This document shows positions 51,401 to 62,060 of a DNA stretch of 64,000 nucleotides, piece by piece. Positions within the stretch are counted from its first letter, which is position 1. The number at the start of each line of letters is the position of its first letter. The translations under genes were made by a program, and so were the position numbers. The notes below the pieces were generated by a model, which searched no databases, was not told where the DNA came from, and saw nothing but the letters and a program-made list of their open reading frames with translations. The stretch lies in assembly GCF_004010195.1 (NCBI RefSeq), contig NC_057718.1, positions 48,406,278 through 48,470,277 of the forward strand. Reading direction: 5' to 3'. This stretch comes from Chiloscyllium plagiosum. Taxonomy: Eukaryota.

Positions 51401-54400
51401 ACATCTCCAAGATGGCAAAGCACCGGAACCAGATGGATTCCGAGTGAGTTTTATAAGGAATTCATAAATGTGTTGGTGGAGCCATTTTTGGGGATGTGTA
51501 GCTATTCATATACACCGGGTTATCTTCCACCCACTCTTAGGGAGGCTAATATCTCCCTCATTTTAAAGAAGTGGAAAGACACAAAAAAAAAGTGCTCCAT
51601 ACAGAAAAATTTGTTGTTGAATGTGGACTTTAAAATTCTGTCAAAGGTGCTGGCCCTGAGGTTGGAAAAGTATTGCTCCATATTATAAAAGAAGATCAGA
51701 TGGGTTTTATCAAGGGCCGTAGCTCCTCTAACAATATCAGGAGGGTACCGAACATAGTTCAGGTATGCCAGCAAAGATTGATCGTGGGCCTGGTGGTCTC
51801 CCCAGACGTGGAAAAGGGGTTTGACTGGATAGAATGGCCACACCTGTTTGGAGTCCTAGAGCACTTTGCTTTGGGGGGAGCCTTTGTTAGGTGGGTGGTG
51901 GTGTTGTGTAATGATCCTAACGAGGCAGTCATCACAAACAGTGCTAAGTCGGATAACTTTAGTATTGGGAGAGGTAGTTGACAGCGATGTCCTCTTTCAC
52001 TGCTGTTATTTACCTTGGTAACTGAGCCATTAGCCGAGGCTATCAGGAGGGATCCTGAAATAGTGGCACCAAGGGTGGTAATGGGGGAGCATAAGATCCC
52101 CCTATACGCTGATGGTTTCCTTTTTTCTTGGCCAATCCAGAGGAGTCTGTTCTTTGATTCAAAAAAATTAATTTATTTGTCCGCTTTTCGGGATACAGGA
52201 TTAACTTCACAAAATCGGAAGCCATGCCAGTGGGAGGATTAGTGGAGGTGCCTGATCTGAAGAATGAAATGCAGTTCCCATTTAGATGGTTGTCAAAAGG
52301 TTTTTTGTATTTGGAAATTTTTATTACCCCTGCCTTCCACAGCTGTATAAAGCCAATTATGTACAATTACTGGACAGAATAAAACAGGCTTTTCAGTGGT
52401 GGGAGGGATTACCGGTTATCATGGTTAGGCTGAATAGACTTGATTAAAATGAATGTTCTTCACTTGTTGTACCCCACGAGCATGCTCCTGTTGTTGCTAC
52501 CCAGATGAGTGCTATGGAGGCTACGTGGTTGGCTAGGCTCCTTTTATTTGTTGTCGCAGACGCCCCCTAATTAAATTACTAAATGGCAACTCCTGCAGGG
52601 TGGGGGTGGATGGACCTTCTGGACTTGAAGAGATATCAAATAAGTGCCCTGTCAGTGTATATGGGTGATTGGGTATGGGGGGAGGAATCGGGGTCGATTT
52701 GGCTTGACGTTGAAGCCTCACAGTCAAGATGTCCCCTTGTTAATCTATTATTCATGGATAAGGTGAAATCCGTGACCGAGCAGTGTAAGAGCCAAACTAG
52801 ATAAATACGGTGAAAGCTTGGAGGATAATGAGGCAAAACGAGGGCAATTGGCTTAAGACCTCACTATTTAACCCGTTGATGGGAGCCCCAGGATTTAAAC
52901 CTGGGGCAATGGACTCCGGCTTTAAGGTATGGGAGAATAAGGGAATCTCTTGTTTGGGAGATTTATTCGAGGGGGAGGTCTTGATGTCATATAGCCAACT
53001 AAGTCAGAAATTGGGATATTTTCCGGTACTTTCAGATAAGGGATTATATTCAGAAGAAGACCATACTCCTGGCTCGGCCTTACAAGTCAGACGTGGAGAA
53101 AAGAGTGCTCCAGTGTACGGGCACTCTTTCAGTTAATACTTTGTACAATTTACGGAAAGATCACGTCTTAGGTGATGTGGAGAGACTCTGTAGGAGTTGG
53201 AATCGGGAACTAGGAGAGGTATTTCATATTAAACGTGGGAAGATATATGGGAAAATGTAAAGAAAATCTTAATATGTAACAAAGTGCAGACCGTGCAATT
53301 GAAGATTTTACACAGGGCTCATGTGGCGTCGGAGAGAGGCACCAGTTCAAGAGAGGAGCAGCTGCAGGATGTCCCAAATGTAAACTTAGTGTAGGCACTC
53401 TCTCACTGCTTTTGGTCATGTTGCAAGATCCAGAGATACTGGAGTGTCATAGTAAGGGAGCTGAAGGAAATCCTGGTAGTTGAAGTCAAAGTGGACCTGG
53501 TATTTCTGCTTCTGGGGTTGCCAAATTTGCCCTCTCTGTGGGAACACAGGAAGAGATTGCATAACATTCTTACACAATGTGTGTGGAAGCGCATTTTACT
53601 GAATTGGACATTGGAAGAACTCCCAGGTCTTATGGGTGGCACAGGCTGGTGATGGAACATCTCCCCCAAGACTATCTCACACAAATATGGTGCATCGCAA
53701 AACGGAGCAGTTTTATTTTTTCTAACCTGAAACAAGGGGGGAGACGAAAAAACCTCATCTCCTCAGTAGGAAACACCAACAGCAGTAATAAGACACACTG
53801 ACTGTGTGGTCCAGGCAGTTCAGAGGTCAGTCTCCACTTCTCCCTAGCACACACAAATGAAGAGTCCTTCACACACTGATCCAGCACCTTCAGAGCCAGC
53901 TCTGAGTATCAGATTGTCTGATACTCCTCTCTTTTTTTAACAGGACGTCTGAGCCTTGTGTGTTTTTCATTTTATTTCTTACACTACTGCCTGACAGTGA
54001 TAAACTGAGCAGTTTTATAAGACATGGTGGCCCTTTCTAAATTATATTGACGCAGACTTATCAGCATTATTAATTAGGGCCTTGATATAGCCGTGGGAAT
54101 CAGCTTGGGCTCCTGTGGGGACTTGAGTGTGGGAAGCAGGGGGAAAAAGAAAATACAGGCACAATGACTGGTGCTCCCAGGGATGGGAGTTTTAGTGGAA
54201 GTGTGGTGAGTGAAATAGAATAAAGTAATGTGATATAATTTAATTTAAGCTAATTTGAATTCAGCTTAATTTAATTTTTATTTAATTTGATTGTAGTTTA
54301 AGTTAAGTAGATACGTTTTTTTCTGGTAGACTAGTAGGTAGTTTATCATTAATGTATTGTGTTATGACATTGTACTTTTTTTTGTATTTTGGTGTTTTTA

Positions 54401-54457
54401 TATATAATTGTTTTGTAAAATATCTGAGCATTTTTAATAAAAAAAGTATTAAAAAAA
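48482..54457 (+). mobile_element. Full-length decayed L1/Tx1-clade LINE in mARC intron 6
   Basis: 5' GGGAGATCCAAGATGGCGG (YY1-like). ORF1 VDDLENKS.RK..GL.E and YKGSRIMFFQDFS. ORF2 TWNV, LLQETHL, LLNVDFKILSKVLA, Q.CPLS, LYAD and a CxxC..H...C knuckle. AATAAA + poly(A). 14-bp TSD at 48468-81 / 54458-71 (11/14). Confidence 0.92.
53717..54001 (-). mobile_element. 285-bp retroposed insertion inside L1 ORF2
   Basis: 17-bp TSD aaacg/tgagcagttttat (53700-16 / 54002-18), with a short T-tract at the left end. Confidence 0.7.
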
Positions 54458-56278
54458 AACTCAATTCCCCTACTAATAAAAGCCAACACACTATATGTCG
54501 TCTTAACAGCCCTTTCAATTTGGGTGGCAACTTTGAGAGATCTATCGACGTGGACCCCAAAGTCCCTCAGTTCCTCCACACTGCCATGAATCCTGCCTTT
54601 AACCCTGTATTCTGTATTCAAATTCGACCGTCCAAAATGGACCACTTCAAACTTTTCCAGGTTGAACTCCATCTGCTACGTTTCAAGCCAGTTCTGCATC
54701 CTGTCATTGTCCCGTTGCAACCTATAACAGCCCTCCACACTATCCACTGCTCCACCAACCTTCGTGTCATCGGCAAACTTACTAATCCACTCTTCCACTT
54801 CCTCAGCCATGTCATTTATAAAAATCACAAAGAGCAAAGGTCCCAGCCTGGATCCCTTCGGAACACCACTGGTCACTGAGCTCCAGTCTGAAAGTTTCCA
54901 TCTACTGCCACCCTCTGTCTTCTATGTGCCAGCCAATTCTGTATCCAGACAGCCAAATTTCCCTATATCCCGTGCTTCCTTACTTTCTGAATGAGCCTAC
55001 CATGGGGAACCTTATCAAACTTCTCTGCATAAAATTTCATGTGCCACTTGCCAGCCTATTGATATCAATATGTCCATGTCCTTTTGAAGTTACACACTAC
55101 CTCTTCACAGTTCAGTGTAACCAGTAAATTCGCAAATTTTGAACTTATGCCCTGTATACTTATGTTTAGGTCATTAATATATATCAGAAAGACCATTGGA
55201 ACTCCACAATGAGTGGAGTCCAAAAATGATCCATGACTTTCTATTCTCTGTTCCATCATTCTGCTGTATTTCATAATCATAGTATCAATGTCTCCTTTAT
55301 TTCATGAGCAAAAACGTTGCTCATAAATCTGTTGTGCAATGCTTCAACAGATGTCTTCTGGAAGTCATTGTACAGCACATTAATGGCATGATAACAACTC
55401 AAACATGATTTTCCTTTAACAAGTCTGTTTTGGCTTTCCTTCATTAATCCGCAGTTATCTAAGGTCCTGTTAATCTTGCCCCAGACATTAATTTTTCCTG
55501 GATTATTAATTCTAGAAGCTTCCCTACCACTGAGATTAAACTGTCCATCTTGCTGTTGCTGTTATCTTTACTTTGTCCTCTGAACCTATGTGTAACATTT
55601 ATCTATCTCCTTTCGTCTGGCACCACCTCTGAGTCTGAAGAAGACTAGAAAATTACAGAAGTACTTCTGCAATTATTATTATTCTCACTTCTCTCAATAT
55701 CCCTTGATTCAACCCATTTGGGAAATGGTGCTTTATCAATTTTAATTAGTTATCTTATCCAATTCTGTGTCCTTACCAACTTTAAACCTTGCAACTGTCT
55801 TCGAGTTACACCCTCTTTCACTATGACTCTGTACAGCACCTTGCTCCTTTGCAAAGCATTAATTTAATACATCAACCATACCTGCAGCTCCATGTAAATT
55901 CCCTTTTTGGTACTATCTACTTTGCTTACAGAAGACTTTTGGATTGCCTTTTTATATTATCTGTTAATCTCTCTTCATTCTCTCTTTGCTTCTCTTGTAT
56001 GCTTTTTCACTTCCTCTCTGAACTTACCATATGCAGCCCGATTCTTATTTGTATTATCCACCTGATATCTCCATTTTAATCTCTTTGTTCCTCATCAAAT
56101 TCTCTTTCTAATTTATTTTAAGGAAAATGGGTATTAGCTAGTTGAGCAGCAACAACCGCAAACTCTTTAAGTGTTTCAGTGAACAACATAACCTGAAGGA
56201 CATTTAACTGTGTTGTAACTATCTTCCTGATTATAGCACTAACACAGTCCATTTATCACATCATATGCTTCCAAAATC

Positions 56279-56370
56279 AGTCCTGAAGAAGGGTTACACC
56301 CAAAACGTAGACTTCTCCACCTCCTGATGCCCTGGCTTGCTGTGTTCTTCCAGCCTCCTGCTTGTCTGCC
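56279..56370 (+). mobile_element. Penelope pseudo-LTR fragment with family C hammerhead (G12 mutated)
   Basis: AGUC-CUGAAGA-A-GGGU(UAC)ACCC-aAAA-CGU-A^-GACU, with a perfect 4-bp stem I. Confidence 0.7.
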
Positions 56371-57319
56371 ATATTTATCAACCAATTAAATCTTAGGACA
56401 TTAAACTGGTTTCATCACTAAAGTATCGAGATTAAATTTAACACCTATTTTGCAATACATCTTATTCTTAGAACATGAGCTACCAGGGTTATTCAGAGTA
56501 GGCATGCTCAGAATGAGTTTTCTGATTGGTGGCACCTGAAGGGTTACGGAATGAAATTTAATTCATAATTTAATTCACATTTCCATGTGATGTGTTTACC
56601 ATATATTTAGAATGGTTTTGGAAGGCAATTCTTTATCACTTTAACTTGTGAAGTCTTGGACCTTTCTTGAATAAGTGACCTGCAGAGTGGCATGTTAATG
56701 TTTACTTTGTTTAAAAGGATACCTATTTATGGACTCTAACTTTTAATGCAACCTTTCAGAATTAACAAGGCAATCATTTTAGGTGGCTGTGATTGTCCTT
56801 TCCACTTGCAGTCAAAAATAATCTTTTCTATATAGTGCAGCACTATTCCTTTCTGGTACTACTTGTCATTTTGTGTGATAATGTAATTGTATCCTGGAAA
56901 AAACATTTAAAAAAAAAAATTCATTTAGTAGTGCTAACTTTTGCCTAATGCTACCAAATAGTATAAATACTTTAGTGTTGCATAACTCTGGAATGTATTA
57001 ACCTGCAATCAACAGCACAGCTACAGTATTGCATTGAGTATGGAAAGTTTATGAATTAATTGCTGTGGTTGGTTTTGAAGCCAGAAACACACAGTACAAG
57101 CATAGATTAGTGGTTCTAAGCTTTAAAATATAACCAAAAATGGGATTGTACTTTAATTTTATAATGGATGTTGGTATGAATTGCCTTCACTGTTTTCATT
57201 CATGTAGCCTTGATTAATTTTGGTTCATTCTAAATATGGTCTTTAAATTTTATGTTACTCTTTGGTGTGAAAGAGTTCTAAAGACTGCTTGTGTCAATTA
57301 CTTTGCTTTGTTCTTTCAG

Positions 57320-57449
57320 ATACCGTCAGTGTGACCCATCTGAAAAACACATTTACAAATCTGTCCCCGTGATTGGTTCACACTATGGGATTGAAAAACG
57401 TGGAGTGATTCGTGTAGGGGACCCTGTGTATTTGATTGTTGATCAGTAG
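57320..57449 (+). CDS. MTARC1/2: mARC exon 7 coding part (130 nt incl. TAG)
   Basis: Acceptor ttctttcag|A. Translates (R)YRQCDPSEKHIYKSVPVIGSHYGIEKRGVIRVGDPVYLIVDQ*, with the typical G.I.VGDPVY C-terminus. Exons sum to 1020 nt, in frame. Confidence 0.95.
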
Positions 57450-58471
57450 GAATGAACGATAACAGAAAAAGCGCTGTTTCTCTTTTAAAAGGATGAAAAA
57501 TTTAATGTCTTTACTTGTGGAAACACTTATCATTGTGCCATTAATTGCTTGTAAAGGTCATCAGTTGAGGATTTAAGTGAAGCTAGAGTTTTTCCTGCTG
57601 AACGTTGCTTTAATTGAATAATTATTTTCTTAAAAGATGAGCTCGTGAATTATTGGCCTATTTCTACAATTTTTTATTGGTATGAAACATTTAATCATTG
57701 TTGAAAAGTACTGAATATTATTGCTAGGCATTTGCTTTAAAAACCTACAAGGAGTTAGTCACTTCCATACCTTTAAATTTTATTCCATCCTTACTTCTGA
57801 GCTTCCTCCCCCACACCCTCCTCCAAATATGCAGTTACTTTTAACGAAAAGCTGCGAGAATTGTCTTTGATGATCTAGCAAGCCCACCCCATGCAAAGAG
57901 CTGAAGTAACCGATCCAAGTAGTGACAAGTTCACTGAAATACTTAAAGTCAGTGACTTTGTGTTTGTCAATATTAATTCTGCTCCACATCAATCTTTTCA
58001 AATTCAACAGGAACATTTGCTAATCCTTAACTGCACACAACAGTGTTAAATGTGTGTCTATATCCAGAACAGTTGAAAATGGGTGGGAAGAGGGATGATA
58101 TTTCCAGCATATTAAAAGAAGTGAAAATAGCTGATAATGTGGTACCCAATTGTGAAAGGGTAAAATCAGCCATAAAAGTAGGAAGTTCACCAATGTATAC
58201 TTCATTTATTAGTATTGCTATACTTTCTCTGAAATAAAAAGTATTTCTGTGAACCACTTCAGTTGGTTAAAATGCTGAGCTGCCATCTGCCTCAAAATTC
58301 AAGTATGTGCAGATTTTAGGTTTCATGTTTCTCCCACTCTTCCTCTTTTAGACAGTGACATGCACTCACAGTTTTTTTTAAAACTTGGTTTTTATTCTTA
58401 AAGTAGTAAATTCAGAATAACATAAAGAAGCCCATCTAACTTGCAAGAAGGCTAAGCTTCTATTGAATTTT

Positions 58472-58648
58472 GGGTGAAAGCGAGGACTGCAGATGCTGGA
58501 GATCAGAGACAAGATTAGCGTGGTGCTGGAAAAGCACAGCAAACTTCATCAGGATTCTTGATGAAGGGCTTATGCCCGAAACATCGATTTTCCTGCTCCT
58601 CTGATGCTGCCTGACCTGCTGTGCTTTTCCAGTACCATACTAATCTCT
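58472..58648. mobile_element. Family B palindromic Penelope derivative in the putative mARC 3'UTR
   Basis: gtggtgctggaaaagcacagca ... tgctgtgcttttccagtaccat arms. Decayed core ttgatgaagggcttatgcccgaaacatc. Confidence 0.8.
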
Positions 58649-59252
58649 TCTAATGAATTTTGCAGAGTGTGAATATCAATTGCTGCAGGTGGTTTACATA
58701 GATTCTTTGTCTGAAGGCTCTTTCCCTGATGAATATAACTTTTTCTACTGTGCCAATCAGTGGTTCCAGTAGTCCAATTAATTTTGGTAATCTATTCCTC
58801 TCTGGAGTCAGTGCTGAATTTACTTGCTGATCGTGCTATGGATTAGATAAATAACTGGTGAGCAATGGTTTAATGAAATAAGGTGATATTGTGATAATGT
58901 GACTGCATAACTTAGCTTTTAGTCTTCTGTCTATTTAGATAATGATGTCTATTTTAAAATCTTTATAGAAAAATGGAAACTTTAATTACTTCCATAAAAA
59001 TTATTTGGATTTTTTAATGTGCTTGCATTCGTATCTTGAATATAGATCACCTTTTGTAAGTCAGTGTCATTTATTTATATAGCGTTCCTGTGAAGCACCT
59101 TACCATGTTTTATTTGTTAAGAAGTGCTATAGAAATACAATCTGCTGTTGTTACACTGCATTTTTGTTGAGGGGCTGAATGTAAGACCGTATCAATGCAT
59201 GTTATGAATTGTAATTATATCTTATTTTTCTTTATAGACAAGCGATAACCAA

Positions 59253-59258
59253 AATAAA
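59253..59258 (+). terminator. Candidate poly(A) signal of the mARC 3'UTR
   Basis: AATAAA followed by T/GT-rich sequence about 1.8 kb after the stop. Other AATAAA hexamers occur at 58233 and about 59452. Confidence 0.35.
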
Positions 59259-59939
59259 TCTGGGAAATATACAAATCAACATTTGTCGTAATTCCTTCTC
59301 TGTAGGCAATGTAGTTTTAGTACTTGTTTAGTATCAGGCTCACCTAGTGTTATGAACCAAAAACTTCTAGAAAGGTATTTGAATTTCCAGTAGCTGACTG
59401 AAAGGATCTTTCAACAATATTTTTAAGATTTATTTTACTGTAATTAGTAAAAATAAAAGCAACATTGTTTAAAAACTATTCAGTAGTAGAATTCAACGCC
59501 TAGTCAAAAATCCAGAAAAGAACCTGTATCAAAATTTTAAAACTACCAAAATTCCACATCATGGATATTAACTCTACCTTAAGTAGAGATGTCATTTTCC
59601 AGGAACCTGTCAATAGCTATGCTTGGCTCCCAATTGTTCTCATTGTGTTGACTTTTCCAGCCAGATAACTTCTAGTCCCCAAGCTGACTTTAATGGTAAG
59701 AGTTAGCCTGGAGATTTCTTGTTGAGGTGGAGCGAGGGAAATCTTACAGTCTTATTTAAATATTTGTCAACTCAATCTCTTCAGTCCAATATCGAGTTCC
59801 ACCTGAATTCTGTATGATGGATGATAGAGGCTGGCTACTTCCTGCTATCTGCTGTTAGATTCTCAGACTAGCTTAAGAAAAATCTAGTGACCTAATATTA
59901 CAATGTCCTACTGTAGATTATTCCCTAAATAAAACTGGA

Positions 59940-60930
59940 GTCATTGAGAATCCAGGACTATCTCTGCTGGATAGTCATGCCAAGCATAAAAGGAAGATTA
60001 TTATTAGAGGCCAGTCTTCCGGGTCATGTCGTAGCCCAAATATCTTCATCTGCTTTGTCATAAGGTCAGAATTGAGATTTGTTGATGGTCACACAGTGTT
60101 CAGCACCATTCCTGAATCCTCAGATACTGAAGCAGTCTGTGTCCAAATTCAGCAAGACTTGGACTTCACTCCATCTTGAACTGATAAGGGGCAAGTAACA
60201 TTTTCACCACACAAGTGCCAGATAATGACTATTTCCAAACACAGAATATTGCCTCACTGTTTTCAATGAAATTACTATCACTGAATCCCTCACTATCAAC
60301 ATCCTAGGGTTATCATTTAGCAGAAACCAAGCTGGACTAACCATACAAAAACTATGGCAATGACTAGATTAATAGGCTAGTTACCAAAGAAGTCTAGCCA
60401 TCATCTGATTCCTAGGTCAGGAGTGTGATGGAATACTCTCTACTGCATGGATGAGTGCAGCTCCAATAAAACTAAATTAAGCTCAATATCATCCAAGACA
60501 AAGTTGCCTGCTTAATTGACACCACATCTGACACCTTTGACATATGCTCCGTTCATCACTGATGCATAGTACTAGCAGTGTGTACCGTCTATAAAATGCA
60601 CTGCAACAATTCATTAAAACTCCTTTAGACAGCACTGTTAAAACCTATGACCTCTTATCGAGAAGGACAAGGCAGCTGATATACGTCAATACTGTCATCT
60701 GCAAATTCCCCTTCATCCACATACTGTCCTGATTTGGACCTATACTGACATTTCTTCACCTTGGTCAAAATCATGAAACGTACCTCCCTAAGAGCACTAT
60801 GGCTGTGTCTGACCACAGGGACCTCAGTGGTTCAAGAAGGCAACTTAACACCACATCCTTGAGAACAGTTAGGGCAGAGGATAAATGCTGGCTGAGCGAG
60901 CAACACCCACATCCTGTAAAGGAATAAGCA
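59940..60930 (+). mobile_element. Old L2/CR1-group LINE 3' portion
   Basis: Similar to the host at 8470-8640/11826-12390 (cagatactgaagcagtc, ggagtgtgatggaatactc). Confidence 0.7.
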
Positions 60931-61559
60931 AAAGCTAATCTCTCGGTAACCAATTGCCGTGTGGGTGAATTGACATCGGTTCCAGAAGCTGTTGCTGAAC
61001 ACAGACCCCTGAGATCTGTGCAGCAGCAGGAAAAATTAGAACATAGACATCGAGCCAATGCACCCAATAGACCTAACCCTTTCTGAAGCTGACTTAATAC
61101 CCCAATATTACCCCACCCACCCCCAACTGACCTAGCCTGCCCCAGACCTGACACCTTTCCAATCTGACCGAACACTGCCCTCTCATCCAACATCAAACCA
61201 ATATCCCCAACTCTAAGCATTCATCCATTTATATCATGATATTTGAAGGGTCTGTTTCCATGCTGTATTAGTCTATAAACATGAATCAAATAGGCATTGC
61301 AACCGGTAGAAAATAAACCCCTTACTCTAATCTGTTTTGAATTTGTTTAGACAATCTCAAATATAACATTTACAGATCTTGCCATTCTGAACATCCTCTG
61401 CCCCATCAACTTGAGAGTCCTGAAGATGAGCAGTCTACTCAGTCTTAATGAATGCCCTTATTATTGTCCACAAGTCTTATCATGTATCTTCTTTCCCATA
61501 AATCAAATTGGGCTTTACCATCTCTGTAGCAAACAAACCACTGGACTGTGATGTGAAAT

Positions 61560-62060
61560 ACAATGAACATTTTTGGTCCCCTTATTTAAGGAAAGATAGA
61601 CTAGCATTGGAGGCATTCTAGAGAAAGTTCAGTATATTGGCACCAGGTCTGGAGGAGCTGACTTTGAGGAGAGGTTGAGTTGGTTGGAGTACCTATTGGA
61701 GTTTTGAAGAGTGAAAGGCAAGTTTATTGAAACATATAAGATTCTTGCAGGACTTCGCAGGATAGGTGCTTAGAGGTTGGTTCTCTTTGTGGGACAGTCT
61801 AGGACCAGAGGATATAATGTCAATATGAGGGGTTGCCTATTAAGGTAGATGAGGAATATCTCTCTGAGTGTAGTGAATCTGTAGCATTCTTTGCAGAAGA
61901 GGGCTGAGGAGGCTGGATTTTAAAAAGTCTATCTCCACCTTGAGTATACTTAATCAATAAGGGAATGGAAGATTATGAGGAAAAGGCAGAAAAGTGGAGT
62001 TAAATTTTGAATGGCACACCAGATTGGTGGGCTGAATGGCCTACTTCTGCTCTTAAGACC
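61560..62060 (+). mobile_element. Old CR1 3' fragment
   Basis: FWSPYLRKD..ALE..EERL remnant and tail gggctgaatggcctacttctgctc. Confidence 0.7.

Larger units (their letters stand above)
47915..55020 (-). mobile_element. CR1 LINE split by the L1 insertion (47915-48481 and 54458-55020)
   Basis: Minus SGVPKGSRLGPLLFVIFIND..KFADDTK, continuing across the L1 TSD. Confidence 0.85.

Noticed and set aside
54352..54879. 175-aa ORF (longest in the track)
   Set aside because: It spans the L1 tail and the antisense strand of a CR1 RT remnant.
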